The notes beneath the pieces are model-generated. The model saw only the letters and a program-made list of their open reading frames with translations. It had not been told where the DNA came from and ran no database searches. The position numbers were made by a program, and so were the translations under genes. From the NCBI GenBank assembly GCA_963748625.1, contig CAVVJT010000004.1, forward strand, positions 288,001 through 352,000: a stretch of DNA of 64,000 nucleotides, written 5' to 3'. Source of the DNA: an uncultured Chloroflexia bacterium (GTDB lineage Bacteria > Chloroflexota > Limnocylindria > Limnocylindrales > CSP1-4). Positions 47,596-58,267 of this stretch are shown here, one piece after another. Each line of letters begins with the position of its first letter. Within the stretch, counting starts at the first letter, position 1.

Positions 47596-48614
47596 CAGGA
47601 CTCCTTGCGTTCGATCGCGGCGAGCAGGAGGTCGGCTGCCGCGTACGGATCGAGGGTGTGCTCGGCGACAGCCTCGATGGCCTCGGCGGTCAGCCCGGCG
47701 GCCCGCGGATCGAGCAGGCGTGCCCATACCCGCTCAGCGACCAGGGCCCTGACCTGCGCCTCTGCACGGGCTCGGCGCGCAGCGCGGGTCGGGCCGTTAG
47801 AGCCCGCCGCATGGTGGCGGTCCAGCGCCACGAGCAGCGCGGGCACGCCATCGCCGGTGGCTGCCGTTGTCACCAGGACTTCGGGCCGCTTGGGCCGGTG
47901 GGCCGCAGCGTCGCTGGCCCCGGCCCCGGCAGGCTGCATCGGCGGCACCAGCATCGCGCGCAGTTGCGCCGCGGTCCGCTGGGCGCCCGGCCGGTCGCCC
48001 TTGTTGACCACCACGATGTCGGCCACCTCGAGCAGCCCTGCCTTGATCGCCTGGATCTCGTCGCCCATCTCGGGCGCCTCGAGGACCACCGTCGTGTCGG
48101 CGGCGGCGGCCACCTCGACCTCGCTCTGTCCCGTGCCGACCGTCTCGAGCAGCACCATGCCGAACCCGGCCGCCGCGAGGACGGCAGCCGCCGCGGCCGA
48201 CGTTGACGCCAGGCCCCCAGCGTGGCCGCGGGACGCCATCGAGCGGATGAAGACGGCGTCGTCCGACGCGTAGGCCTGCATCCGGACGCGGTCACCCAGC
48301 AGCGCGCCGCCGGTGATCGGAGACGACGGATCGACGGCGACCACGGCCACCGACCGGTCCTGCGCCCGCAGCTCGGCGATCAGCGCGGCCACCAAGGTGG
48401 ACTTGCCGGCCCCGGGCGGCCCGGTGATCCCCACCAGGTGGGAGCGGCCGGCCTCCGGGTAGAGCAGGCGCAGGGCGTGCTCGGCGACGGGCGTGTGGTT
48501 CTCGACGGCGGTGAGCAGGCGTGCCAGGGCCCGGCGGTCGCCGGCGCGGGCGGCGTCCGCGAGGAGCGCGGCTCGCTCGGCAGGGGTGGACCCGGCCGTT
48601 CGTGCGTCGGTCAT
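47595..48614 (-). CDS. meaB: Acyl-CoA mutase-associated GTPase MeaB
   Basis: GPPGAGKST, VDPSSP, GALLGDRVRM, ETVG.GQSE, NKGD. Confidence 0.95.
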   Translation of the reverse strand: MTDARTAGSTPAERAALLADAARAGDRRALARLLTAVENHTPVAEHALRLLYPEAGRSHLVGITGPPGAGKSTLVAALIAELRAQDRSVAVVAVDPSSPITGGALLGDRVRMQAYASDDAVFIRSMASRGHAGGLASTSAAAAAVLAAAGFGMVLLETVGTGQSEVEVAAAADTTVVLEAPEMGDEIQAIKAGLLEVADIVVVNKGDRPGAQRTAAQLRAMLVPPMQPAGAGASDAAAHRPKRPEVLVTTAATGDGVPALLVALDRHHAAGSNGPTRAARRARAEAQVRALVAERVWARLLDPRAAGLTAEAIEAVAEHTLDPYAAADLLLAAIERKES

Positions 48615-48659
48615 GCGGTCATCGCAGCGGTCATGCGGTCGGCGCAGCCATGCCCGACG

Positions 48660-49064
48660 TCAGTCAAGGGTCCGCGCGTTCGCCCTGATGAAATCGGCCA
48701 CCTCTCGGATGGTGGTGCCCGGGCCGAACACGTCCGCCACGCCCGCGGCCTTGAGCGGCTCGATGTCGTCGTCGGGAATGATCCCGCCCACGGTGACGAG
48801 CACGTCGTCCAAGCCGCGCTCGCGCAGCTGGGCGCACACCCGCGGCACCAGGGTCATGTGGGCGCCGGACAGGATGGACAGGCCGACGACGTCGACGTCC
48901 TCCTGCAGGGCGGCGGTCACGATCATCTCGGGTGTCTGGCGAAGGCCCGTGTAGACGACCTCGAAGCCCTCGTCCCGCAAGCCGCGGGCGAGGACCTTGG
49001 CCCCGCGGTCGTGGCCGTCGAGGCCGGGCTTGGCGATCAGCACCTTGAGCGGTCGGTCGGTCAT
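48660..49064 (-). CDS. Acyl-CoA mutase small (cobalamin-binding) subunit, IcmB-like
   Basis: [12 protein letters not shown] (DxHxxG), SILSGAH, GGIIP. Confidence 0.95.
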   Translation of the reverse strand: MTDRPLKVLIAKPGLDGHDRGAKVLARGLRDEGFEVVYTGLRQTPEMIVTAALQEDVDVVGLSILSGAHMTLVPRVCAQLRERGLDDVLVTVGGIIPDDDIEPLKAAGVADVFGPGTTIREVADFIRANARTLD

Positions 49065-49164
49065 GGCGGGATTGTAGAGCGCGCGCGAACGCAGAGACAC
49101 CCGGGACCCGGCGATCGTCTCGCGAGGTCCCGGGTGTCGGCAGATGCGGCCGGTGGCAGCCGTG

Positions 49165-50226
49165 CTACGGCATGATCGCGAGCACCTGGCCGTTCGGCAT
49201 CACGCTCATGTTCGTCACGTACACGGTGCCGTTGCGGGCGACGGCAACGTCGGCCGGAGCCGTCAGCTCGCCCTCCGCAAGCTCGTGCCGCTGGCCGTCG
49301 TGGACGCGGATCAGCGCCCCGGTCGGGTCGCCGCCCGTGAACAGCGCCATCAGGCCCGCCTTCGCCATCTCGACCACGTACAGGCTGCCATCCCGGCCGA
49401 AGTCGATGCCGGTGACCGACGTGAATCCGTCAGCAAAGAGCGAGCAGCCGTCGGACGTGTCGTCGTCACAGACGGCGCCGTTCGCCCACCGCTCGATCCG
49501 CCAGATGCGGGACGCGCCCGGCGTGAACGGGAAGCCCGTGAGCTCGCCCACGTAGTAGGCGCCATCGGGGCCGATCGCCACCGTCGTGGGAACCGCCTCT
49601 GCGGGCACCTCGGGCGGTAGCCCCATCTCGGGCGGCAGGTGGGAGGTGGACACCACGTGCAGCGGGATCGTCGCAAGTGTCCGCTTCACGCCACGCGGGC
49701 CGAGCAGCAGGACATCGTTGTTGGCGGCGTCGGTCACCACGAACCGGCCCGACCCGACGGCGACAAGGCCGTACGGGTTGGACTCGATCGGGTTGCCGTC
49801 CTTGTCCTGCGGATCGGGGTCTGTCGCCTGGTACGCCCCGATGTCGGCGACCTGGTAGCGGTGGCCGGACACCCTGCGCAGGGTGCCGAACCGCGGATCC
49901 CCAGCGCCCTCGCCAACGAGCGCGAACACGTTGCCGTTGCCCGTGATCGCCACGTTCACCGGACCCGAGACCTCGCCCTCACCAAGCTCGGCAACCGGCA
50001 GGCCGGAGACGATGGCGGTCGCCGTGCCGTTGGCGATCCGCGAGATCTCGCCGCTTCCGGCCTCGGCGACGAGGATGCGGCCGTTGGCGCCGATGTCGAT
50101 GCCGCGCGGATTGTTGAGACCCGAGGCGACGACGGCCGTGTCGGCCGCCCCGGCGCCGCCGGCGGCGAGGCTGGCCAGGAGCAACGCCGGTATGGCGGCT
50201 CCGAGAATCCTGTGCTGCGCCTTCAT
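49165..50226 (-). CDS. Secreted ScyD/ScyE-family beta-propeller protein
   Basis: Signal peptide; [36 protein letters not shown]. Confidence 0.85.
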   Translation of the reverse strand: MKAQHRILGAAIPALLLASLAAGGAGAADTAVVASGLNNPRGIDIGANGRILVAEAGSGEISRIANGTATAIVSGLPVAELGEGEVSGPVNVAITGNGNVFALVGEGAGDPRFGTLRRVSGHRYQVADIGAYQATDPDPQDKDGNPIESNPYGLVAVGSGRFVVTDAANNDVLLLGPRGVKRTLATIPLHVVSTSHLPPEMGLPPEVPAEAVPTTVAIGPDGAYYVGELTGFPFTPGASRIWRIERWANGAVCDDDTSDGCSLFADGFTSVTGIDFGRDGSLYVVEMAKAGLMALFTGGDPTGALIRVHDGQRHELAEGELTAPADVAVARNGTVYVTNMSVMPNGQVLAIMP

Positions 50227-50420
50227 GCGGGCGCGTCCTCCCATGCAGCGGCGAGCCGGGTTCGCCATTGGCTCGGCGCGACCGGGATGGCGATCCATGT
50301 AGGACGCGGTCACGTGTCAGGGCCTCTCGCGCGCAAGGACGGATGATTGCAGGGCGTCCCTCTCACGGGGAGGGTGATTTACCCAGATTCTGTGCCAGTC
50401 GGGCGTTTGTCACGCGTTTG

Positions 50421-51116
50421 TCATGCGCCGGGCGAAGGCCGTCCGATGTGCGCGAAGAACTCGGCGCGAGTCTTGTCGTTGCGCCGGAACAGGCCCAGGA
50501 CTGCGGCGGTCGTCATCACCGTCCCAGGCTTCTGGACCCCGCGCATCGCGGCGCACAGGTGGGTCGCCTCGAGGACCACACCGACCCCCTTGGGCGCCAA
50601 CGTCTCCATCAGGAAGTCGGCGATCTGCTGTGTCATCCGCTCCTGGACCTGGAGCCGGCGTGCGTACATCTCCACGATCCGCGGGATCTTCGAGAGGCCG
50701 ATCACCCGGCCCTCGGGCACGTAGGCGACATGCGCCGTACCGAAGAACGGCAGGAGGTGGTGCTCGCACAGCGAGTAGAACGTGATCTCCTTCACGACGA
50801 CCATCTCGCTGTAGCCGACGTTGAAGATCGCGCCGTTGACGAGACGCTCCGGGTCCACGTGGTAGCCGGCGGTGAGCTCGTGGTACATCCGGTGCATCCG
50901 GTCCGGTGTCGCGCGCAGGCCCTCGCGATCGGGATCCTCCCCCACCTCCAGCAGGATCTGGCGCACGGCCGCCTCGATGCCGCCCGCGGAGGCCGGGACC
51001 GCACCAGGGGGTGTGGCCGGGTGCGGGTCCGCCTCGTCGTCGATGTCGTGCTCGATCTCGTCAACGATGCGACGGACGGTCTCAGACAGATCGCGGTGGT
51101 CGGCAGGCTCGGTCAT
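50421..51116 (-). CDS. folE: GTP cyclohydrolase I
   Basis: [30 protein letters not shown]. Confidence 0.97.
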   Translation of the reverse strand: MTEPADHRDLSETVRRIVDEIEHDIDDEADPHPATPPGAVPASAGGIEAAVRQILLEVGEDPDREGLRATPDRMHRMYHELTAGYHVDPERLVNGAIFNVGYSEMVVVKEITFYSLCEHHLLPFFGTAHVAYVPEGRVIGLSKIPRIVEMYARRLQVQERMTQQIADFLMETLAPKGVGVVLEATHLCAAMRGVQKPGTVMTTAAVLGLFRRNDKTRAEFFAHIGRPSPGA

Positions 51117-51180
51117 GGTGAGGCGATGGTACGCGAACGGCAGGCGCCGCTCAGGACGGTGCCGGCGCCCGCCCCCGCGC

Positions 51181-52158
51181 TCAGCCCGCTTCCAGGATTG
51201 ACGCGGTCACGTCCGCGGGCCGGTAGCGCGGCAGGTTGTGGCCGAGGCCCGGAAAGCCCGAGACACGCATCGGGCCACCTCCGGCTGCCGCGCGGGCATC
51301 CGCCGCCCGGCGAAGCTCAGCGAGACGCATGTCGACATCGCCCGCACCCAGGGCCACCAGGGCCGTCACCGGCGCCGCCACCGCGGGCAGCCCGTCGAGA
51401 GCAGCGGGATCCCAGGCGAACATGGTGCGCACCAGGGCATCCACGACATGCGGCCGGACCGCCCGGACGACGTGCCCCGCGGCCGTCTCGACCACGGCGT
51501 CACGCGCGGCGCGCTCCTGGTCCGCATCGAAGCTCCCCGGATCGAAGGCGCGCCGGTCCGCGAGGAAGGCGTCCATCGAGCGCAGCACCTCGGGCGGCTC
51601 GTCGAGGCCGCGCAGGAACTCGTCCACATCGAGGTCGGTGACGGTCTCGATGCGCTCCCAGCCGCCGTCCACGAGGACGAGGGCCGCGCACCGCTCCCCA
51701 AGCGCCGCGGCGGCTGCCGCCGCCACGATCGCCCCGAACCCGATGCCAGCCACGACCACCCGCCCGTCGGCCGTGAGCAGGCCGGAGCCCTCGGCCACCG
51801 CGATGATGTCACCAGCCAGCGTTGTGAGGTCGTAGCCCGTCATCGGCGAGTCGGACAGGCCCTGGCCCCGCAGGTCGGTGGCGACCACCCGGCGTGCCGC
51901 TGCGAGGCGGCGGGCCACGGGCGCCAGGATCGAGGCGGGCTGGACGAGTCCAGGCACCAGCAGGACTCCATGTCCGCCGCCGTCGGCGGCGTCGGTGGCA
52001 TCCGCAGCGACCGACGGACCGCCCCAGTCGAGGAAGTGGATCCGTGTCCCGTCATCGGCTGTGACCACGTACCCCTCGGGCTCCAGGGCCAGGTCGGGCG
52101 GCGGAGCAAGGGCGACGTCCGGCGCCCTAGGTTCGATCGCCGGTCGGTCGGGGGTCAT
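51181..52158 (-). CDS. Alpha/beta hydrolase-fold protein lacking the nucleophile Ser
   Basis: [14 protein letters not shown] in place of GxSxG, C-terminal GHNL. Confidence 0.8.
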   Translation of the reverse strand: MTPDRPAIEPRAPDVALAPPPDLALEPEGYVVTADDGTRIHFLDWGGPSVAADATDAADGGGHGVLLVPGLVQPASILAPVARRLAAARRVVATDLRGQGLSDSPMTGYDLTTLAGDIIAVAEGSGLLTADGRVVVAGIGFGAIVAAAAAAALGERCAALVLVDGGWERIETVTDLDVDEFLRGLDEPPEVLRSMDAFLADRRAFDPGSFDADQERAARDAVVETAAGHVVRAVRPHVVDALVRTMFAWDPAALDGLPAVAAPVTALVALGAGDVDMRLAELRRAADARAAAGGGPMRVSGFPGLGHNLPRYRPADVTASILEAG

Positions 52159-52179
52159 GGCGGCTAGGATACGGGCGCC

Positions 52180-52596
52180 ATGGTGAAACACCGCAGGGGA
52201 TCCCGAGCCGCCGCCCGCCAGCCGCGCGCCCGCCACGAGCGGTTCGACCGGCTCATCGACCGGGCAATCGCCGGAATCCCGTCTCCCTTCCGAGAGGCGC
52301 TCGACCGGATGGCCATCGTGATCGCCGACGAGCCTTCCCCCGAGCTCCTCCGCGACGAGGGCCTCGAGCCTGACGACACGCTCTACGGCATCTACCAGCC
52401 ACCCGTCGATGCGCTGTACAGCTGGGGGGACGCGTTCGAGCCGGAGCGGATCGTGATCTTCCGCCTCCCGCTCGAGGAGGACTTCCCGGATCCCGACGAC
52501 CTTGCCGAAGAGGTCCGGATCACTATCCTCCACGAGCTGGCGCACGCCCTGGGCATCAACGACGAGGACCGCCTCGCAGAGCTCGGGATCGACTGA
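52180..52596 (+). CDS. Zincin-like metallopeptidase (DUF1025)
   Basis: LYGIY, ILHELAHALG. Confidence 0.85.
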   Translation: MVKHRRGSRAAARQPRARHERFDRLIDRAIAGIPSPFREALDRMAIVIADEPSPELLRDEGLEPDDTLYGIYQPPVDALYSWGDAFEPERIVIFRLPLEEDFPDPDDLAEEVRITILHELAHALGINDEDRLAELGID

Positions 52597-52658
52597 CTCG
52601 CAGGCGACATCGCGGCCGTGCCCGAGGTGCACCCGGGGATCGCCGACCCCTCGGTCGG

Positions 52659-53825
52659 TCAGCCGCCCAGCGAGATGAGGCCCGCGACCATCGCCACCAT
52701 CGCGAGCGCCGCGCACGCGGCGAGTCCCTTGGTGAACCAGGGGTCCCAGGGCCGCCGCCCACCGGCCGGTGCCATGCGCCCCACTTCCAGCCCATGCGTG
52801 TAGTGGGTCAGCGCCTCGAAGGCGTGCACCGCGGGGGCGGCGGCGATCGCCTCCACGATGAACGTCAGCGTGCCCAGCGCGAACACCAGCGCGGCCACGA
52901 CCGGCACGACCAGCACCGACGGAACGCTGGCGCTCAGCCCGGAACCCTCCACGGCCCGGGCGACGAGGTCCACGCCGGCGCTCAGGCCGAAGACCACGAT
53001 GAACTGGCCGAACACGCCGAAGAGGGTTACCACAATCGCCATGCGCTTGCGCAGCCGGACGAGGCGCAGGGAACGCCCGATCGCTTCGAACACGTCCACC
53101 TCGCCCAGCACGATCCCCGACGCGGCGTAGACGAACGGCATGCTCACCAGCAGCGAGATCAGGAGGGACACGCCTCCGTCGATGAACGTGACGGGGCCCA
53201 TGACCAGGAGGACCGCCAGCGATGCGACGGTGCTCACCGTCGCGCTCAGGAAGCCGAAGAGCAGCTGCACACCGAGCACTCGCCAGAACCGCCGTCTCGA
53301 GACGGCGATCGACTCGCGCAGGCGCAGCGGCCGACCTTCGATCCGGCCCCCGATCACAGCGGTCGCCATGACCCGCGCCTCGGTGGCGGCAGCCATGTAC
53401 CCCAGGTACGCCGGGATCGCTGCGACCATGGCCCACAGGAACCAGGCCGGCGGACCCGGGCTGCCGTAGTCGAACAGGAACTCGCCCTGCTCGACCAGGC
53501 CGACGCCGACGAGGACGGCGGCCGGGCCGACGGTGACGAGCATCATCAGCCCGATGTAGAACGATGCCGCACGCAGGCCGTTGTCGGGGCGGGTCAGCAG
53601 GTCCAGCGCCTGGCGGAGCAGGTCGCGGGTGCCGAGCGGGATCGCGAGGACCTCCGCAGTGACCTCGGGGAGCACGGGACCGGCGGGTGTCGGAGGTGGC
53701 GGCGGCAGGGGCGGCGCAGGCGGCTCGAGGGCCGGCGACGTCTGCGGGATGGCCGGCGGCGGGGGCGGCAGGGGCACGAACGCGTCCCCCGGGCGCAGGG
53801 GCTCCTCCCCGTCCCCAATCATCAC
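52659..53825 (-). CDS. Hypothetical polytopic membrane protein
   Basis: Pro-rich N-terminus, about 7 hydrophobic helices; overlaps the upstream gene stop. Confidence 0.75.
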   Translation of the reverse strand: MMIGDGEEPLRPGDAFVPLPPPPPAIPQTSPALEPPAPPLPPPPPTPAGPVLPEVTAEVLAIPLGTRDLLRQALDLLTRPDNGLRAASFYIGLMMLVTVGPAAVLVGVGLVEQGEFLFDYGSPGPPAWFLWAMVAAIPAYLGYMAAATEARVMATAVIGGRIEGRPLRLRESIAVSRRRFWRVLGVQLLFGFLSATVSTVASLAVLLVMGPVTFIDGGVSLLISLLVSMPFVYAASGIVLGEVDVFEAIGRSLRLVRLRKRMAIVVTLFGVFGQFIVVFGLSAGVDLVARAVEGSGLSASVPSVLVVPVVAALVFALGTLTFIVEAIAAAPAVHAFEALTHYTHGLEVGRMAPAGGRRPWDPWFTKGLAACAALAMVAMVAGLISLGG

Positions 53826-54838
53826 CGTGGCGCCGGGATCGGGGCCGCCTGCATGAGGAAGTCGCCGAGGCGCTCGATGTCAACGTTGCCGCCCGAGAGG
53901 ATGACCGCCACGCGGTCGCCGTTGCGCAGCGGCACGGCACCCGTGAGCACGGCCGACAGTGCGGCGGCGCCGGCCGGTTCCAGCACCTGCTTGAGACGCT
54001 CGAAGGCGAAGCGCATCCCGGCCAGGATTGTCGCGTCCTCCACGAGGACCAGATCCTCGAGGTAGCGCCGGGCCACGCTCAGGGCGTGGACGCCGGCGAT
54101 CGGACCGTTGAGCCCGTCCGCGATGCTGACCGGCGTGATCCGGACCGGGACGCCGGTCTCCATCGCCTGGCGCAGGCAATCAGACCCCGCGGGCTCAACG
54201 CCGAAGACCCGGATCTTCGGGCGCGTCTCGCGCAGCGCCACCGTGACGCCGCCCAGCAGCCCGCCGCCGCCCACGCCGACGACGACGACATCCACGTCGG
54301 GCAGATCCTCCAGGATCTCCAGGCCGCAGGATCCGTTGCCCAGGAGGACCTCGGGATCGTCGTAGGGATGGACGAGCGTCAGGCCCTGCTCGGCACGCAG
54401 GTGCTCCATGTGCGCCATCGCCTCGCCGACATGGGCTCCGTGGAGCACCACCCGCGCGCCGTACTCGCGGCATCCGGCCACCTTGGACTCAACCGCGCCC
54501 AGCGGCATGACGACGGTCATCGGCACGCCTGCCTCGCGGGCCGCCCAGGCGTAGGCCTGGCCAGCGTTGCCGGCACTGATGGTGATGGCGCCACGCGCCC
54601 GTTCGTCGGGCGTCAGGGACGCGATCCTGGCCATTGCCGCACGGGGCTTGAAGGAGCCCGTCTTCTGGAGGTGCTCGGCCTTGAGGTACAGGCGCCCGTC
54701 CGCCAGGCGCACTCGGGTTGCCTCGCCGGCGACCCTGGCAGCCGTGGATGAGGAGAGCAGCGGCGTGTGGTGGACGTGACCCACGAGCTGCTTGCGGGTC
54801 TCCTTGATCGCGGCGAGCGAGATCGGTGAATGGCTCAC
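53822..54838 (-). CDS. PLP-dependent threonine/serine dehydratase (fold type II)
   Basis: KAEHLQKTGSFK, SAGN, GGGGL, LSGGN. Confidence 0.92.
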   Translation of the reverse strand: MSHSPISLAAIKETRKQLVGHVHHTPLLSSSTAARVAGEATRVRLADGRLYLKAEHLQKTGSFKPRAAMARIASLTPDERARGAITISAGNAGQAYAWAAREAGVPMTVVMPLGAVESKVAGCREYGARVVLHGAHVGEAMAHMEHLRAEQGLTLVHPYDDPEVLLGNGSCGLEILEDLPDVDVVVVGVGGGGLLGGVTVALRETRPKIRVFGVEPAGSDCLRQAMETGVPVRITPVSIADGLNGPIAGVHALSVARRYLEDLVLVEDATILAGMRFAFERLKQVLEPAGAAALSAVLTGAVPLRNGDRVAVILSGGNVDIERLGDFLMQAAPIPAPR

Positions 54839-55124
54839 AGCCGGAGTATGCCGTCCAACTGGCCCCGCTGGCGCCTGTTGGTCGGATTCGCGCCAGGTGG
54901 GCGCTATCGGGCGCTTCGTGCGCAGATCCGCGCCCGGTGCGACCTGCAATCTCGACGCAGCCGCCCGACCGCCATACGCCCCCCGGGTGGGAGCAAGCGC
55001 CTCTTCTGACCGGATGACATCCGCTCGCGCCCACCTGGTGCGAAGTTGCGAACCGCGGGCGGGACCTCAGGCTCCGTCGCCAGCGTGACTTGCGTCCTTG
55101 CGCAAACAATGAGAGACTGGGCCC

Positions 55125-55418
55125 GTGATCGATACCACCAGCACCGAGGACGAGCGGGTCCGCTTCGCGGCCGTCGCCCGAGCCCTCGGCGACGCCAAGC
55201 GCCTGTGCGTCCTCGAGTCCCTTGCGGACGGGGAGGCATCGGTGGGCGAGCTCGCCTCGCGCGTCAGCTGCCAGGTCCCGAACATGAGCCAGCACCTCGC
55301 GGTGCTGCGCTCCGCCGGACTCGTCACGGCCCGTCGTGACGGCAGCACCGTGTACTACCGCCTCGCGGACCCGAAGGTCCTCGAGGCCTACCAGCTACTC
55401 CAGGACATCGCCCGCTAG
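55125..55418 (+). CDS. ArsR/SmtB-family regulator
   Basis: ALGDAKRL, SQHLAVLRSAGLV, YYRL; TTGCG-N6-CGCAA inverted repeat at 55090-55105. Confidence 0.9.
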   Translation: MIDTTSTEDERVRFAAVARALGDAKRLCVLESLADGEASVGELASRVSCQVPNMSQHLAVLRSAGLVTARRDGSTVYYRLADPKVLEAYQLLQDIAR

Positions 55419-55467
55419 CCGGGCGTCACGTCGCTCGTCCGGCTCGGCCGGAGAAAGGGTTCGCCAC

Positions 55468-55812
55468 GTGGCGGAGATCAAGCACGCAACCGATGCCACC
55501 TTCGTTGACATGGTCGTCAACAACGAGAAGCCGGTCATCGTGGACTTCTGGGCGGCCTGGTGCGGTCCGTGCAAGATGGTCGCGCCGGAGCTCGAGAAGC
55601 TCGCGACGAAGTACGACGGCGTGGTCGAGGTGGTCAAGGTCGACGTTGACGCCAACCCGGGGCTCTCCCAAGCGTTCCAGATCATGTCGATCCCGATGAT
55701 CGCGTTCTTCCAGCCGGGGCAGCAGCCGCAGGGCCTGCCGGGCTTCCGCACTGCCGAGCAGTACGAGCAGATCTTCAACCTGCAGGCGCTCGCGGCGGCC
55801 AAGGCATCCTAG
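55468..55812 (+). CDS. trxA: Thioredoxin
   Basis: DFWAAWCGPC, SIP. Confidence 0.95.
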   Translation: MAEIKHATDATFVDMVVNNEKPVIVDFWAAWCGPCKMVAPELEKLATKYDGVVEVVKVDVDANPGLSQAFQIMSIPMIAFFQPGQQPQGLPGFRTAEQYEQIFNLQALAAAKAS

Positions 55813-55882
55813 TCCCGCCACCTGCGACCGCGCTCCTCCGGCCCCGGCCCTCAAGCCGGGGTCGTTCCATGTCCGCGGCCTG

Positions 55883-56317
55883 TCAGCCTTGGAGCGCCCG
55901 TCGGTGTGCCGATCGGAGCCACGCCTCCGCGCGGTCCAGGGCGAAACGGTCGACCTCTTCGGGCGTGAACGCGATCCATCCCTTGCCACGGGCGGACGGC
56001 ATGGTCCCGGGCGTCCTGAGCGCCGCCGCGGCCACGGTCGGGTCCAGGGCGGCTTCGAGCAGGTCCGGCATGAGGATCGCGAAGATGCGCCCGTTCGCGA
56101 GGTAGCTGACCGACTCGCCCTCGCGCGCCCGCTCAACGCCGACGAGGTCCTCGATCACCGTCTCCACGCGCTCGTCCAGTGTCTCGTCCACATCGGCCTC
56201 CGCCGCGGCGGCAGCCTCCTGGGCCTCGTCGACGGACAAGGGCGCGTCGTCATCGAGCAGCTCGTCGTCGAGCGCGTCGTCGGAAAGCCGGCCGTTGCCG
56301 GTGGTCTCGTGGGTCAT
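55883..56317 (-). CDS. Hypothetical protein (YjbR/TfoX-like C-terminus)
   Basis: Acidic N-terminus; GRIFA...GWIAF...WLRSAHR. Confidence 0.6.
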   Translation of the reverse strand: MTHETTGNGRLSDDALDDELLDDDAPLSVDEAQEAAAAAEADVDETLDERVETVIEDLVGVERAREGESVSYLANGRIFAILMPDLLEAALDPTVAAAALRTPGTMPSARGKGWIAFTPEEVDRFALDRAEAWLRSAHRRALQG

Positions 56318-56607
56318 CAGGCGGTCTCGCGGTGCGGTCATCGGCAGTGGGCGCCGTCAGCGGCTCCAACGAGTATGGCATCGGCCGACGCCATGGTGCC
56401 GCGCGCCGGAGGAAGAACAGGCCCCAGTGGCAGCGGCCGAGCGCGGTCACATGACGCGCGGTCATGACGGCGCCGGCCCACGTGGTCACTCTGGCATCGA
56501 GACCCGAGCTGTCGTCTGCGGATTCCAGCGTGGGGTGAGCGCCATCCCCGCGTCCACGACAGCCACCGTGCGCGGAGGGGCCCGCAGTGATCACAAGGAG
56601 ATATGCC

Positions 56608-57480
56608 ATGCGACGAATCGCAACTATCGGTCTGGCGGCCCTCGCCGCGGTCACCCTGGCGGGGACCGTCCTCGCCGCCTCGTCGGTCAACCTCGGCACG
56701 GCCAAGAGCTTCGCCGTGCTCGCCGCCACCACCATCACGAACACGGGGAGCACGACGATCACCGGCGACGTCGGGCTGCATCCCGGCGATGCCGTCACCG
56801 GCTTCGCCGACGTCACGGTCCACGGAGCGCAGCACATCGGCGACGCGGTCGCGCTCGACGCCAAGAACGACCTGATCGGCGCCTACAACGACGCCGCAGG
56901 CGCCACGCCCGTCAACCAGGTGCCCACCGAGCTCGGCGGCACGACCCTCAAGCCCGGCGTCTACGCCTCGGCCACCCTCGGACTGACCGGGACACTGACC
57001 CTCGACGGCGAGGGCGTCTACATCTTCCAGGCCGGATCCACCCTGATCACGGCCCCGGGCAGCAGCGTGAAGCTCATCAACGGCGCCTCGGCCTGCGAGG
57101 TCTACTGGCAGGTCGGCAGCTCGGCGACGCTGGACACCAGCACCAGCTTCAAGGGCACGATCCTGGCCCTCACCTCGATCGCACTCAAGAACGGCGTGAC
57201 GCTCGAGGGCCGGGCGCTGGCCCGCAACGGCGAGGTCACGATGATCAACGACACCATCGACAGCTCATCGTGCGCGGCACCCGGCCCGACCGCCACCCCG
57301 AAGCCGGGCGCCACCTCGCGTCCGAGGGTGACGGCTCCGCCCACCGACACGCTGGCCCCCACACCGGCCTCGGTCACCGATCCGGTCTCCGCGCCCGTCC
57401 TCATCCTCATCACGCTCGCGACCGTCGCTTTCGCCGGCGCGGTCCGCTTCGCAGCGATGCGGTCCCGCCCGCGCGCCTGA
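56608..57480 (+). CDS. DUF3494 ice-binding-like protein with C-terminal membrane anchor
   Basis: VNLGTAKSFAVLA, ITNTG.T.ITGDVG, LGGTTLKPGVY, YIFQ, WQVGSSATL, LEGRALA; AAGGAG RBS. Confidence 0.9.
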   Translation: MRRIATIGLAALAAVTLAGTVLAASSVNLGTAKSFAVLAATTITNTGSTTITGDVGLHPGDAVTGFADVTVHGAQHIGDAVALDAKNDLIGAYNDAAGATPVNQVPTELGGTTLKPGVYASATLGLTGTLTLDGEGVYIFQAGSTLITAPGSSVKLINGASACEVYWQVGSSATLDTSTSFKGTILALTSIALKNGVTLEGRALARNGEVTMINDTIDSSSCAAPGPTATPKPGATSRPRVTAPPTDTLAPTPASVTDPVSAPVLILITLATVAFAGAVRFAAMRSRPRA

Positions 57481-57555
57481 TCGCGTGAGCGGGTCGCGGT
57501 GTATCCGTTGCCGGCCGGGCTCAGCCCGGCCGGACGGCTGCGGGACCCGCCTCCG

Positions 57556-58044
57556 CTACCCCTGCGCCGCCTCGAGGATCGCCGCGAGCTCCTTGCTGTG
57601 CTCCTCGTAGTGCTCGGTCGTCTCGCCGAAGAAGTACTCCTGGTGGCCCGAGTCCTTGATCCAGCGAACCTCGGGCACGACCGTCAGGTAGCCGCGCAGC
57701 TCGCCCGCCACCGTCCGGAACGTCGCGCGCACCTCGTCCATCGGCATTTCGCGGAAGCGCGCGAGCCCGGCGGCGTTCATCGCGTCCCCCGCCTCCGGCG
57801 AGCCCGCCCACTGGGCCTCGAGGCGCTCCATCGTGGCACTCGTGGACCCCACCGCCAGCTCCTTCGCGGTGGCGAGGGCGGCCTCCTGCCACAGGATGAT
57901 GTGCCCAAGGAGGTCCCGGCCCGACCAGCCGCCGGCGGCCTCGACCGGCAGGTCCAGCTGCTCGTCGGTCAGGTCGAGCAGGCGCTCGTACGGGCGGAGG
58001 GCGTCACGTTCGTCTTCGAGGAAGGAGAGGGCATCGAGGTACAT
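57556..58044 (-). CDS. DinB/MDMPI-like four-helix bundle protein
   Basis: GGWSGRDLLGHI..WQ and EHYEEH His triad. Confidence 0.85.
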   Translation of the reverse strand: MYLDALSFLEDERDALRPYERLLDLTDEQLDLPVEAAGGWSGRDLLGHIILWQEAALATAKELAVGSTSATMERLEAQWAGSPEAGDAMNAAGLARFREMPMDEVRATFRTVAGELRGYLTVVPEVRWIKDSGHQEYFFGETTEHYEEHSKELAAILEAAQG

Positions 58045-58267
58045 GTGCGCATCGTAGTCGGCCGCGCAAGACCCGGTGGTCGGCGGGACCAACGGCTCTA
58101 CACCTGCGCTGCCCGCACGTAGCACGCTCGCCCCAGCGTCCCGCCAGCCAGTACGGCTGGACCGGCTCCACGAGGACGGTGCCGCACGGACGGCTGCGGC
58201 GCCGCACCGGTCCCGCCACCCAGTGCGCGACCCGCCGTCCCGCGCAATCGGGGACGGGGTGGTTCGC

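Noticed and set aside
49165-50226. Scytonemin biosynthesis cluster
   Set aside because: Only a lone ScyD/E-family gene; no scyABC or other pathway genes.
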